Shown: positions 9,801 through 19,158, counted from the stretch's first letter. The stretch: 58,951 nucleotides of DNA from a virus (IMGVR_UViG_3300010413_000033:1-58951), one strand, 5' to 3'. Numbers and translations are program-made. Notes: a model not told the origin generated them from the sequence alone.

Positions 9801-10106
9801 GTAAATGGGATGATTAGAGAGTTTAGGGCTGGTTACTACGGAAGGATTAATGACGGTCTTGATTGGAGTGTAGACTACACTTATAAGCACAAAGTGATAG
9901 AGAATCTGAAAAAATTGGATATTCCAGATTTAGCAAAACGCTATGGCCTGTCAGAAAGTAGTGGAATGATAAAAGAGCTGAAACGCAGAAGGGATAGATT
10001 AGTAACGTATTTGGAAACAGAAACATTTAACGAAGTCTTTATTGGTAGTGGCTACGATGGGTGGGGCCTGTATGAGGGACACATGGACTACCTATTTCAA
10101 CCATAG
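6486..10106 (+). CDS. Composite protein: immunity-like N-terminus, MuF C-terminal motif, intein, Pro-rich linker, C-terminal PI3K/PI4K/HipA-like kinase (putative toxin)
   Basis: PPLHPK-[intein]-CRC completes the MuF motif. Kinase motifs: LVFKP, REA, DYLIGNLDRHKRNW and IDHG. Confidence 0.85.
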   Translation: MSYHLCDANGFLDLACTTEGLGQLHEEVFASEGFPLLKDFLEMGACLITDQLLEEIDSFKAQDKYVQNTVKGLRRNIRKADLIIIITNGEETKPKPLVEYLKEIDFSKFEEEEHSSYYDSVVEKAGGALEITYEKIDWPPLHPKCFLDGQVPVYTSKGWKAIGTIVPGTLVLTHEGRFRKVKELLVTPLQTPDATKLSLHGRKDKTLSLTDEHPVMINGKWKEIKDVRSGDTISFLAGSCERCGADIPYFKDYCSLSCRSKDITDGQWSRPEHRKNMSEKTTQQLHREYANGTRDPYVITRKANAKTRLLVKQGLLSLQRPEVIAKMIEATNTPEQRKANSDRMKRNNPMKDRSTVERRTKTYLKTLRSNPDIHPNRIMAQRGFMSSLEKKVKDVLDTMGLNYECQYPISKYFVDFALVSDKIAIEADGDYWHQDKKRDRKRQKDIEKNGWVVIRFSESDIKKEAIPMGMMSEINRVVNNHSGNYKFMDVKVDVVERWKVRKARTLYNLNVDEDESYIAAGFVVHNCRCTVSPVLIPMERLLDTMPVGSIPQVGDVQAPPTPAPVPSLRPATPRPATPTPVPATPVAPSALTESEILEDLLEGWQNEVNIAAQAGLADVPITKMFAVQQFENVVKQGLRNAGMDESLYAEVIRDLKVKYPYLESALENAPDFQGALGGDMAEAIDTTKAFLYGQKLVNSTRFLPSEMRNVFNSADIDLEQGIILSKVPASEGVAYRITHLTRGLSLVEYIDSEELERLWRIYEDRAMTFATERYMNSAIDYMGLPGMVIEKAADDLYELLSEGYKDTWKERFYYQNGFLSDPARLHSARRYLTEEMASGPRYAFKEIAILKSDPIGLGSRMMSDVGMVDLVIDFDDLLRSANSSMKDYVAIALQRYLPAAAVATSTQGMITYELTDYVDQYATTTDNVRAWKAKRSDLDRIVSNGVLVNEGPIGDPGINVTLKLDMDVAGVKESLVFKPVSGETYLHHGEKVRKTVDETVATLAKREAISSEIGNMMEFDHIDVVTAAYGVKRGEAGVYVKFMKGYEEEIKYVGRRLTDEEVFDMSVYDYLIGNLDRHKRNWMRRLSDGRPLMIDHGYVLPDYGPVNGMIREFRAGYYGRINDGLDWSVDYTYKHKVIENLKKLDIPDLAKRYGLSESSGMIKELKRRRDRLVTYLETETFNEVFIGSGYDGWGLYEGHMDYLFQP
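6918..8063 (+). mobile_element. Intein (382 aa) with DUF559/Vsr-like endonuclease and NUMOD3-like basic repeats
   Basis: Starts CFLDGQVPVYTSKGWK; block B LTDEHPV; ends LYNLNVDEDESYIAAGFVVHN followed by Cys+1. Internal YFVDFA..KIAIEADGDYWH...GWVVIRFSE. Confidence 0.92.
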
Positions 10107-10114
10107 GATATAAA

Positions 10115-10399
10115 ATGGCTACAAGAAAGAAAGATTACTATCTTAATATTTGGACATTCTCTGAGAATGAAAAGGGTGATTACACGCCTACTATTTTCGG
10201 AACTATCTACTACAGAAATGGTAAAATAGAGTATGATGGTTTATCAAAGGCCATGATAGAAGAATTTGAAGAACTTGGAATTCCATTAGGTGGAAAATTG
10301 TACTATCCAAAAGATGGCTACAGGTTTTTGGAGGCGGCATCTTTGAACATAAAAGGGACGACTATGTCGGCGGATAAGATAAGACAACGAACCTTGTAG
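10115..10399 (+). CDS. Small protein, candidate immunity protein for the kinase domain
   Basis: 94 aa, directly downstream of the MuF-kinase gene, the usual position for an immunity gene. Function inferred from context only. Confidence 0.55.
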   Translation: MATRKKDYYLNIWTFSENEKGDYTPTIFGTIYYRNGKIEYDGLSKAMIEEFEELGIPLGGKLYYPKDGYRFLEAASLNIKGTTMSADKIRQRTL

Positions 10400-10410
10400 G
10401 AGGAACTACT

Positions 10411-13400
10411 ATGAAAGCTAATATTAAACGGCTACGCGATGTAGCAGAAGCCTTTGGTAATGGTCTGATCACAACTACTATAAAGATAGTTTCTCCTGAA
10501 GAGCAGTTTGGAAAGCTATCAAAGCACTTCACCATATCTTTGAAAGAGGCATTTAAGAGATATGGCTATGAAGCATGGGATGATGGAATAGCATTGGTGA
10601 GAAAAGGTATCTCTCCGCGTGATATGGAATTTGAGGAAGGTGAGAGGGCCAGTGTTGACTACATCACTACAAGGGACATAGACCGCGACGGTGAGATAGT
10701 AGTTCCTAAAGGGATAATCCTTGACCACTACAGACAACAGCCAGTAGTGTTGTGGTGCCACGACTATCATCAGCTGCCAGTGGGGAAATCACTATGGGTC
10801 AAGAATGATGAGCTTGGGCTGATATCGAAGACCAAATATGCATCTCATCCAAAGGCCCAAGAGATATTCGACTACAGGCGCGAAGGCTTCCCTATGGCGA
10901 AGTCCATAGGTTTTATCCCATTCGAATACGCTACGCCTGATGAGTACGACAGTCTCAATTTCCAGAAGCTGGGCATTGAGGAGGGTAGTGTAGCAGGGTC
11001 CAAAGTGATCTTCACAAAAGCACTACTCCTTGAATATAGTGATGTTCCAGTTCCATCTAACCCAAAGGCTTTGCAGATTGCCATCTCAAAAGGTCTCGTA
11101 TCTAGAGACAAGATCCTAGACTACTACGGCAAGGACACATTGGATGAGGTGGACAGGCTTGACAATGCGCTACAGACTGAAATCAAGGAATCCTTTAACA
11201 TCACAACGGAGGTGAGCGACAATGGGGAACAAGAAAAAGCAAACCAAGAAGCCGAAGAAGTCAAAGCAACAGCAGCAACCAGTAGTGACAACGGGCAAGA
11301 AGGGCAAGGAGAAGAAAAAGAAATAAAGTTTGATATTGAAGAGGTAGTAGTTGAAAATAACATAGTACAAGAAGCTCCAAAAGAGGGGGATGAATGGGCT
11401 AACTTCTACAAGGTGGATGAGAAAGATCTTGAAGAAGGAGTCCCTACGGAGAAACCTTATCCCAATGAACATGCTTGTAGACTACGTGACCCAAGCAAAT
11501 TTCAGGATGGTAGTTTCCGTAGGACTACGAGAGACCACGAAGGCAAGAAATACTCTATCATTATGGGCAAGCTCAAAGGTGAAAGCACTATGACCGAGCA
11601 AGCCTACAGATACAACAAGGCATCGTGGAGTGCCAGTGAAGCACGTAGTCATTGTAGTGGTCACAAGGGGTCGTTTGAGGCGGCTGCGAATACTGAATCC
11701 ATGTTGGATGAGGCGCTTAATAGTATTAAGGCAGTCGATGGGACATTAGTAGTGACTACTCCTAAACGTCTAACAACGCAGGAGCATGAGGTGCTGCTTA
11801 CCAGCATAGAGAAGACATTTCCGAATACTAACGTGTTGGTAGTGCAGGATGGGATAACAATTAGGAAGATAGGGGCTATTAAACAGGAATGGCAGAGCAT
11901 TAACGTAGTCAAAGACAAAGACAGTCTCACAGCCTACGTAGATGGAAAGGAACGATGGAACAGGCAGCTGTCCAAAACGTTTGATGTGGAACGTATGCGC
12001 CTTGAGCCATACAATTTTATCTATGCTCTTGCTTCAAAGTTCCTTGAGTGCAAGGTGAAAAACATTTCCATAGTTTCTCATAGCATACCATCGGCTATGA
12101 TCGGCAACTACTTACTAGGCATGGAAACTTTCCTTGGTAGTGACAACTACAAAACGCTGGATATAAGGAACATAGATAGCAGAGGTAGTGAGCTTCCTCC
12201 TATCTACGAAGACATTAGATTGAACAGCAAAACGTTTCAGCGTTTCCTTGTAGATGGAATGCGTTTTATAAAGTATGAGAACCAGAAAGAAGAGGGCAAT
12301 TTTGTAGTGAGTGTCTATCCGATATGGGGAGGGCTTGGCCTGTCTTTCTACACCGAGAAAGGGCCTATGTCCGACCATTGTGAATCACTACTTAAAGAGT
12401 TGCACGAATGGGTAGATGAAAACAACACACTACGTGGTGAGAAATTCTCACTGGGTGGCGAATTCCTGCCTATCGATAAATCAATCACATGGGAAGACAT
12501 AGTCCTTGAAGACAGGGCTATAAAAGCACTACATAAAGTAGCAGAGGCAAATCCAGCTACTTCCAGAGGCACACTTCTTGCAGGGCCTCCAGGCACAGGA
12601 AAGACTATGGGTGGTCGTGTAGTGATGAACAATACGGATGCTACCTTTATCTGGCTATCTGCAAGAGACTTTGAATATGTAGGAGCATTTGGTGGACTAC
12701 GTATGTCATTCACTATGGCTAGAAAGCTTGCTCCTACGATTCTGTTTATTGAGGATATTGACAACTGGCTTTCTGACAGGACTTTGGATCTTCTTAAAAC
12801 GGAAATGGACGGCTTGAAGCAGTCAATTGGGATCTATACGGTATTGACCAGCAACTATCCTGAGAGATTGCCCGACGCTATCATAGACAGACCTGGGCGT
12901 TTCCACGATATACTACTCATAGACCTTCCTACTAGTGGACAGCGTGGCAGGATGTTTTCCAAATGGATGGACGATGTTTTTGGTAGTGAAGTAGTGGAGA
13001 AGGAATTTGCAGATCCAGAAGACAGAAAGAAACTACTAGATGTGACTGAAGGATATAGTGGTGCTCACATAAGAGAGTTGATAGTGTTCGCAAAATCACT
13101 ACTGGATGATGGTAGTGCAACTACTGTATCGGATGCTATGAGCATGGCTACGCAGAAGATAGCAGAGCAAAAGGAGTTGATTAACAGGCTGCGCGGAGAT
13201 AGTGAGAAGAAGAAGGGAATTGATACTAGAACATTCCGTGATGAGATAGATATTACAACGTTTGCTGATATGCGAAATGAAAAAGTAGTTGATGAGGTGG
13301 AGGAGAAAGAGGGCCGCGTACTTTCCACTAAGAATCGTAGCGTAGTGAAGAAAGCCATAGATGCTATGGGGGATGCCGTAGTCGCTTTGGATGAGCTTTA

Positions 13401-13656
13401 CAACGCTACGGAACCAGCTCCAAAAGACACTGAAAAGCTTTTGGTAGTGGAGGGAAAAGAATCAACTGATGAGCTTGTTACCATTGTGGCTACACTTCCA
13501 AAACTGAAAGAGAAAAAGAACGTAGTGAGCGATGAGGAACAGGCTAAAGAGATCATTGTTAAGCAATTGAAGGAGCTTCTATCATCGCCTACGCCTTTGG
13601 ATATAACGGCGATGGTTTCAGATAGCTTGCGTAAAAAGCAAGGGAGGCTTTCGTAG
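10411..13656 (+). CDS. HK97-type prohead maturation protease fused to an AAA+ ATPase
   Basis: Protease motifs DRDGEIV, PVVLWCHDYHQLPVGK, SIGFIP and LLEYSDVPVPSNPKAL. AAA+ motifs GPPGTGKT, LFIEDID, TSNYPERLPDAIIDRPGRF and TEGYSGAHIREL. C-terminal EGRVLSTKNR scaffold-like tail. Confidence 0.9.
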   Translation: MKANIKRLRDVAEAFGNGLITTTIKIVSPEEQFGKLSKHFTISLKEAFKRYGYEAWDDGIALVRKGISPRDMEFEEGERASVDYITTRDIDRDGEIVVPKGIILDHYRQQPVVLWCHDYHQLPVGKSLWVKNDELGLISKTKYASHPKAQEIFDYRREGFPMAKSIGFIPFEYATPDEYDSLNFQKLGIEEGSVAGSKVIFTKALLLEYSDVPVPSNPKALQIAISKGLVSRDKILDYYGKDTLDEVDRLDNALQTEIKESFNITTEVSDNGEQEKANQEAEEVKATAATSSDNGQEGQGEEKEIKFDIEEVVVENNIVQEAPKEGDEWANFYKVDEKDLEEGVPTEKPYPNEHACRLRDPSKFQDGSFRRTTRDHEGKKYSIIMGKLKGESTMTEQAYRYNKASWSASEARSHCSGHKGSFEAAANTESMLDEALNSIKAVDGTLVVTTPKRLTTQEHEVLLTSIEKTFPNTNVLVVQDGITIRKIGAIKQEWQSINVVKDKDSLTAYVDGKERWNRQLSKTFDVERMRLEPYNFIYALASKFLECKVKNISIVSHSIPSAMIGNYLLGMETFLGSDNYKTLDIRNIDSRGSELPPIYEDIRLNSKTFQRFLVDGMRFIKYENQKEEGNFVVSVYPIWGGLGLSFYTEKGPMSDHCESLLKELHEWVDENNTLRGEKFSLGGEFLPIDKSITWEDIVLEDRAIKALHKVAEANPATSRGTLLAGPPGTGKTMGGRVVMNNTDATFIWLSARDFEYVGAFGGLRMSFTMARKLAPTILFIEDIDNWLSDRTLDLLKTEMDGLKQSIGIYTVLTSNYPERLPDAIIDRPGRFHDILLIDLPTSGQRGRMFSKWMDDVFGSEVVEKEFADPEDRKKLLDVTEGYSGAHIRELIVFAKSLLDDGSATTVSDAMSMATQKIAEQKELINRLRGDSEKKKGIDTRTFRDEIDITTFADMRNEKVVDEVEEKEGRVLSTKNRSVVKKAIDAMGDAVVALDELYNATEPAPKDTEKLLVVEGKESTDELVTIVATLPKLKEKKNVVSDEEQAKEIIVKQLKELLSSPTPLDITAMVSDSLRKKQGRLS

Positions 13657-13859
13657 TGGGGCACTATGTTTGATGGAGCTGTCAGATATGACTACGCTAT
13701 TACTACGCTATTGGTTGAAGTAGTTGCTGGAGACTGTAGTCAGGCATCGAAAAGGCCATAGTGATGGGTAGTTGTTTTCATGTCGGAGATAGTAGTCAAT
13801 TTTTATTAGTGCATTATCTGGTAAATGGCATATAGTAGATACTCTAGGAGGATTTAGTT

Positions 13860-15134
13860 ATGGAATTAACGGTTGAAAAATTGCAGGAGATAGTGACCTC
13901 TGCTGTTAAGCCTATGCTTGAAGAGCAGAACAAAACCATTTCCGATGTTCAGACTATGGTAGATGACAAGGTGAAGGAGATGGCATCGCAGTTCGGAAGA
14001 AAGCCTGTCATCACTGGCGGAGAGGACATGCTTGTGCAAGATCCTAAAGGTGGCTTCAAATCACTATCTCATTTCGCAAGGGATGTCTACCTTGCTGAAA
14101 AGACAGCTGGTAGGAGAATCTCCAAGGAACTACTGAGCTGGGAGGAAGTAGTCAGAAAGACTACGCCTGTGACAAAGGCAGCTGGAACTGGGATGAGTGA
14201 AGGAGATAGCGAATACGGCGGATTCCTGATTCCAGAGGAATTCAGAAACGACATTCTCATGGCAGTGGAGCAATCCAATGAACTACTGCCAAGATGTATG
14301 AGTGTGCCGATGGGCGCGTCCACTATCAAGATCCCCTACGTCAACGGCTTTGATGAAAGTGGTGGTCTTGTGTGGGGTGGAATTCAGTGGTATTGGACCG
14401 ATGAGGAGGCAGCGTATAGTGAAACAAGGCCGAAGCTTGGGCGTGTAACACTATCACTGAAAAAGCTCACTGGCCTTGCCTACATGTCGGAGGAAATTCT
14501 GGAAGATAGTCCGGTGTCTATGGAGCAACTACTCCGTAGGGGTTTCTCGGATGGTCTCAGTTTCCAGATCAATAAGGTGCTCATCAGAGGGACTGGAGCA
14601 GGGCAGCCTCTCGGATTCCTGAATGCGCCTTGCCTCATAAGCACTACGGCTGAAACGGGACAGACAGCTGCTACTATCGTTTATGAGAACATCCTGAAGA
14701 TGTACGCGCATAGTAGCAATCCTGGCAATTCGATTTGGATTGCAAATCAGGGAGTCCTTCCTCAGCTTGCCACTATGTCTCTCGCAGTCGGGACAGGCGG
14801 CGCTCCTGTGTTTCTCCCTGCCAATGGAGCATCTGGAACACCCTACAACACTCTGATGGGTAGGCCGATTGTGTGGAACAACCATTGTAGTGCTCTTGGA
14901 ACCGTAGGGGATATTCTCTTTGTCGATCTTTCGCAGTATCTCGTAGGCATGAAGGCAGGACAAGGGATGGGCGGAAGGTTTGATATGTCTATCCATCTCA
15001 AATTCGACTACGGGCAAGTTGCTTACCGTTTCATGTTCAGGATTGATGGTCAACCGTGGTGGCCTACGTATCTCACTCCTGCACAGGGAACCAACTATCT
15101 TAGTCCACTTGTGGCTCTTGCTACAAGGTCATAA
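13860..15134 (+). CDS. Major capsid protein (HK97 fold)
   Basis: Coiled-coil delta domain, GGFLIPEEF, VTLSLKKL, GTGAGQPLG, TLMGRPI, FRIDGQPW. AGGAGG SD. Confidence 0.95.
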   Translation: MELTVEKLQEIVTSAVKPMLEEQNKTISDVQTMVDDKVKEMASQFGRKPVITGGEDMLVQDPKGGFKSLSHFARDVYLAEKTAGRRISKELLSWEEVVRKTTPVTKAAGTGMSEGDSEYGGFLIPEEFRNDILMAVEQSNELLPRCMSVPMGASTIKIPYVNGFDESGGLVWGGIQWYWTDEEAAYSETRPKLGRVTLSLKKLTGLAYMSEEILEDSPVSMEQLLRRGFSDGLSFQINKVLIRGTGAGQPLGFLNAPCLISTTAETGQTAATIVYENILKMYAHSSNPGNSIWIANQGVLPQLATMSLAVGTGGAPVFLPANGASGTPYNTLMGRPIVWNNHCSALGTVGDILFVDLSQYLVGMKAGQGMGGRFDMSIHLKFDYGQVAYRFMFRIDGQPWWPTYLTPAQGTNYLSPLVALATRS

Positions 15135-15203
15135 TAAACCTTAGTGTAGTGGTCATGATGTAGTAACTGCACTACTAAATATTTTATCAGGAGGATTTGA
15201 ATT

Positions 15204-15665
15204 ATGGAACAGATGCTTACCCACACCACTAAGATAGTAACTATAGCAGTGCCCAACAACTACACGGGAGCTGCTGGGACTACTGAGTGGATTTCTTTGA
15301 AGGGCTATGACAGGGCGCGGTTTATCATTCAGACTGGCGCGTGGGCTGGTGGTACAGCTGCCGTCACACTGAATCAAGCGACTGACGTAGCTGGGACTGG
15401 GAGTGCGTCGCTGGGCTTTGCTGAGTACTACACTGGCACTGGCGACACTTTGACTCGCACTACGGCCACAAGCGACACTTTCAACCTTGCAGCTGCTAAC
15501 ACCAAATATGTCATTGAGGTGAAAGGTGCTGATCTTACCTCTCCAGATGACTGTGTAAACCTTGCTATCGCCTCCCCAGGCTCGAACGATGACTACTACT
15601 GTGCGATTGCGGAGTTGTATGGTGCAAGGTATGAGGGCAGCTTGCCTACATCAATCACTGACTAG
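15204..15665 (+). CDS. Putative capsid decoration/head protein
   Basis: Beta-rich, Thr/Ala-rich, immediately after the major capsid gene; strong SD. Confidence 0.65.
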   Translation: MEQMLTHTTKIVTIAVPNNYTGAAGTTEWISLKGYDRARFIIQTGAWAGGTAAVTLNQATDVAGTGSASLGFAEYYTGTGDTLTRTTATSDTFNLAAANTKYVIEVKGADLTSPDDCVNLAIASPGSNDDYYCAIAELYGARYEGSLPTSITD

Positions 15666-15771
15666 TGATTGATAGTGTAGTTGTGGAGTCTCTCTCCTCA
15701 CAATAGAATAGCGGATCTGGCCCCTTCCTGCCTGAGCAAAATGGGGCCTTTCCCAAAGGAGATAGTAAGTC

Positions 15772-16032
15772 ATGATAGTAGATGCCGTTCCTGAAAGGAC
15801 GATTAATAAACTTAGCTACTACAGAGTTAAACTACAATCTGAATGGATGGGAAATCCTGAAGGGAGTGAATTGACACTTATGGAACCAATAGCACAAACA
15901 CTACTTAATAGAGGAACCGCTAGACTTGTCAAAGTAGCTGAGAAGGAACCGAAAGGCAAATCGTTGGAGAGTCCACCAAAAGACAAAATGATGAAGAAGA
16001 CTAAAGTGAGAACTAAGTCTGTAACTAATTAA
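15772..16032 (+). CDS. Small basic head-associated hypothetical protein
   Basis: SD AAGGAG; Lys-rich C-terminus (PPKDKMMKK); position typical of post-capsid small genes. Confidence 0.6.
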   Translation: MIVDAVPERTINKLSYYRVKLQSEWMGNPEGSELTLMEPIAQTLLNRGTARLVKVAEKEPKGKSLESPPKDKMMKKTKVRTKSVTN

Positions 16033-16089
16033 CCCTTTCACTACACTATGTAGTGTAGTGCTTCTCTGGAAGTGGAAGGAGATTTTAAG

Positions 16090-16836
16090 ATGGGAAAACT
16101 GAAAGCAAGTTACAATTGGCATGGTAGTGGCAAGTTCGCTATGTGGGACGGGTCTACGTTTGAGACAGTGTTCCATCAAAATCCGATTTTTTTCTACGAC
16201 GATTTCAATGGTCCCGATGTAGTTATCCCTGCCGCTGCATCGCCAGAGTCCGGTTGCAAATGGGCCAAGAAGATTGTGGGTAGTGGCCCTCCTACCGTAG
16301 CACAGGCCGCCGACACAGTCAACGGTTACATGCTTTGCTCCTTGGAAGCTACCAGTGAGAAGCAGGAAGCATTGCTCTACATGAATGATTCTCTGAATTT
16401 CTCCGTCGTTCAAGGGCTTATCTTTGAGGCAAGGGTAGCGATGACTACGCTCGGCACAGGCAACGGCCTCATGCAATTTGGTGTTGGTAGTGTATGGGTG
16501 GATGGTGCTGCTGCATATCGTGCGATCTTTAAGACAACGGCTGGCGGCGGAGTCATGAACTGCAACATCGACGACAACGCTACGGACACAGCCGCAGCCG
16601 CTGGCGTGACCATCCTGAACACAGACTACAAGGTCTACAGAATTGACTGTAGCAACTACTCCAGCATCAAATTCTTCATAGACGGCGTGAGGGTCGCTGC
16701 AAGCACTACGTTTGCATGGGCTGCATCGGCTGCGAATTCCAAGGTCCAGCCATACCTTGGGGTTTACAAATCCACAGGCACAGGCACAGGTGTTATGGCT
16801 GTTGACTACGTTAAGGTGTGGCAAGCCAGAGCATAG
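16090..16836 (+). CDS. Virion protein, concanavalin/beta-sandwich-like
   Basis: FYDDFNG, LIFEARV, YRIDC..IKFFIDGVRV and VDYVKVWQAR are lectin-like jelly-roll patterns. Confidence 0.7.
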   Translation: MGKLKASYNWHGSGKFAMWDGSTFETVFHQNPIFFYDDFNGPDVVIPAAASPESGCKWAKKIVGSGPPTVAQAADTVNGYMLCSLEATSEKQEALLYMNDSLNFSVVQGLIFEARVAMTTLGTGNGLMQFGVGSVWVDGAAAYRAIFKTTAGGGVMNCNIDDNATDTAAAAGVTILNTDYKVYRIDCSNYSSIKFFIDGVRVAASTTFAWAASAANSKVQPYLGVYKSTGTGTGVMAVDYVKVWQARA

Positions 16837-17029
16837 TAACTACTTTGGACAGTGAGGGATATATTCTCACATCCTGGGAGGTGGTAGTTGATAGTGCTAT
16901 GGTGAAACGTAGAAGATCACACATGAACGGTAATCCAGTTAAAACAAAATATAACGCAGTCATGTCTTCTGTCTATGTCCGTTGCATGTTTCAACTACTA
17001 CCTTCTATTTAATTTGGAGGACTACTACT

Positions 17030-17395
17030 ATGGCAAATATGGTGTGTACAATTACAGAGATCACTAACACAAGTCCCAAAATGGTCTTGTTCACTTGGAC
17101 CTCTGATGATACAGCTGGCACTGTTAGTGGCACTACTACTAACTACTACACTGGGAAAATACTCGGCCTTGCCACTGATCCAGGTTCTCCTGCCCCGAAT
17201 GACAACTACAATATCCGCATTACTGACTCAAATAGTTTGGATGTTCTGATAAATTCTGGTCTTTTGAGAGACACTACTACTACAGAGTACGTGGCGGAAG
17301 CAAGTTTAGGTTGTGTAGTGGGGAGCAAGCTTACCATCGCTATTGACAGCGCTGGGAATTCAAAGCAAGGGAAGACCTATTTATATATAAGGTAG
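17030..17395 (+). CDS. Virion structural protein (hypothetical)
   Basis: GGAGG SD; Thr-rich beta protein in the head module. Confidence 0.65.
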   Translation: MANMVCTITEITNTSPKMVLFTWTSDDTAGTVSGTTTNYYTGKILGLATDPGSPAPNDNYNIRITDSNSLDVLINSGLLRDTTTTEYVAEASLGCVVGSKLTIAIDSAGNSKQGKTYLYIR

Positions 17396-17418
17396 TTCTC
17401 ATTGGTGGAGGAACTACG

Positions 17419-18231
17419 ATGGCTATAGTTACAGCAAATGAATTTCTGGCTTACATGGAGCTGCCTACTGACGGCACTGCCACTATGCTTCTGGAGATGG
17501 TGGAGAAGTTTGTCCAAGAGAACTACTGTAGGCGTTATTTTGAGGAGACTGCCTATTCCAAAGAGCGATATGATGGAACTGGGCATCGCTATCTATACTT
17601 GAAAAACTATCCACTGGTATACGTAGACAGGGTGTCAATAGGCACAAGGAATGTGATCAGAGTGAAGAACACTACTGCTACGTCTACTGCTTCTGTGTCC
17701 GTAGTCTCCACTGGAGTCAGATTGGTGGCGGATGGGGTGGCGAATTCTACCGTCTTATTTGCTACCTACACTACACTATCAGCTGTAGCTACTGCTATCA
17801 ACGCCTTGGCAGGATGGACCGCTGAGATGACATCATCCAGCTATAGTAGTTTTAAGTCCACTGAACTACTGAAAGTCATGGGCTTGAATGTTGTAGATAG
17901 CAATTGGGTAGATCTTGAAATACCAGAGGATGCAGAGGACGATTTTAGGGTATATGAGAAAGAGGGAATCATTTACTCTCCATTCAAATGGCCTATATGT
18001 AGTCAATGCATCATAGTTGACTACACTGCTGGATACACTACGGCAACTATGCCGAAAGATCTTAAAGCAGCGATCATGCTGTTTGCTAAATTCCTATATG
18101 ACAGATTGTCAGAAAACTTGGTCAATGTATCTCACTACACTGTAGAGAACATGGTGCAGATATTTGAGAAGGAAGATTTCCCCAAAGAGATTCGTCTTAT
18201 TTTAAACAAGTATAAGAGGACATTATTTTGA
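17419..18231 (+). CDS. Head-tail connector/adaptor (gp6-like)
   Basis: VQENYCRRYF, ERYDGTG..LYLKNYP and IIVDYTAGY...PKDLKAAI. Confidence 0.85.
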   Translation: MAIVTANEFLAYMELPTDGTATMLLEMVEKFVQENYCRRYFEETAYSKERYDGTGHRYLYLKNYPLVYVDRVSIGTRNVIRVKNTTATSTASVSVVSTGVRLVADGVANSTVLFATYTTLSAVATAINALAGWTAEMTSSSYSSFKSTELLKVMGLNVVDSNWVDLEIPEDAEDDFRVYEKEGIIYSPFKWPICSQCIIVDYTAGYTTATMPKDLKAAIMLFAKFLYDRLSENLVNVSHYTVENMVQIFEKEDFPKEIRLILNKYKRTLF

Positions 18232-18551
18232 TAGTAGGTAAAAGGACTACACTTACACTACAGAGATATTCAGAGGCTTCAGGAACCTACTCGGCTTCTG
18301 TGAAGACATGGGCGGATACTAACTACACATATACCGGAACACTTGGAGCAATTTCTGGAAATGAGAGAATGTCCTCCGATAGGACTATGCTTTATGCTGA
18401 CTACAGATTCTATACTGTGTATGATAGCGTAGCTCTGGTCACTGAGAAAGACAGGTTTAAATACGGCACAAGGATTTTTGAGATAGTGTTTGTGGACAAC
18501 GTACTACAGAAATACAAAGATCTGGTCATCTCCTTGAAGGAGATAAAGTAG
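18228..18551 (+). CDS. Head closure protein (SPP1 gp16-like)
   Basis: Position in neck module; KTWAD, ISGNER and KDRFKYGTRIFEIVFV. Confidence 0.8.
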   Translation: MIVGKRTTLTLQRYSEASGTYSASVKTWADTNYTYTGTLGAISGNERMSSDRTMLYADYRFYTVYDSVALVTEKDRFKYGTRIFEIVFVDNVLQKYKDLVISLKEIK

Positions 18552-19156
18552 TGAAGCTGACATGGTATGGCAGGACGATTGCAGAATCCACATGGAAGGA
18601 CATGGTACTACGTATGCGCTACGTAGGGGCCATGCTTGAAGCTGATATGAAGCAATCCATGAAGAAGGGAACTGGGAGGGCCTATGCCAAGGGTTCTGCT
18701 TTCACTACACGATGGAGCAAATCCGTAGGTCGTAGTGGTGCCAGGATAGGAAGGAAAGTTAAGAAATCACCAAGTAGGCGTATCTGGCACATAGCGTCTT
18801 CCCCTGGTCAACCTCCAGCCGTAGATACTGGAAGACTACGCGCCTCAATTACTTGGGCGCTCAGTGATGGTAGTGGTTCTAAAGGAGGTTCAAAAGCACA
18901 GGAAGGCGATGTGTTGTCCACACCTCCTGCCAGTGGGAAAGATCTGGTATTGGTAGTAGGCACTAATGTATACTACGGAAAATATCTTGAGCTAGGAACT
19001 AGAAAGATGGCAGCTAGGCCGTTCATCAGACCGTCGTTTAATAGGAACAGGCAGAGTATAAAGTCGATGCTGGGGGGAGATGTAGGAGTAAGTGCTGGAG
19101 CTGGGGGTTTCAGTCTGGCTAGTAGTCGTAGTGGTGCTTGGTCTTCTGGAGAGTAG
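18551..19156 (+). CDS. HK97 gp10-like neck/tail component
   Basis: ASSPGQPPAVDTGRLRASI and VGTNVYYGKYLELGTRKMAARPFIRP. Confidence 0.88.
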   Translation: MKLTWYGRTIAESTWKDMVLRMRYVGAMLEADMKQSMKKGTGRAYAKGSAFTTRWSKSVGRSGARIGRKVKKSPSRRIWHIASSPGQPPAVDTGRLRASITWALSDGSGSKGGSKAQEGDVLSTPPASGKDLVLVVGTNVYYGKYLELGTRKMAARPFIRPSFNRNRQSIKSMLGGDVGVSAGAGGFSLASSRSGAWSSGE

Positions 19157-19158
19157 TC

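Noticed and set aside
15719-15752. GGCCCC/GGGGCC hairpin as a terminator after the decoration gene
   Set aside because: The loop is long and the U-tract is only about 3 nt; too weak to call.
15901-16824. 307-aa minus-strand ORF and other long antisense ORFs (e.g. 5418-6098, 31312-31974, 43367-43927)
   Set aside because: They are shadows of well-supported + strand genes and show no recognisable motifs.
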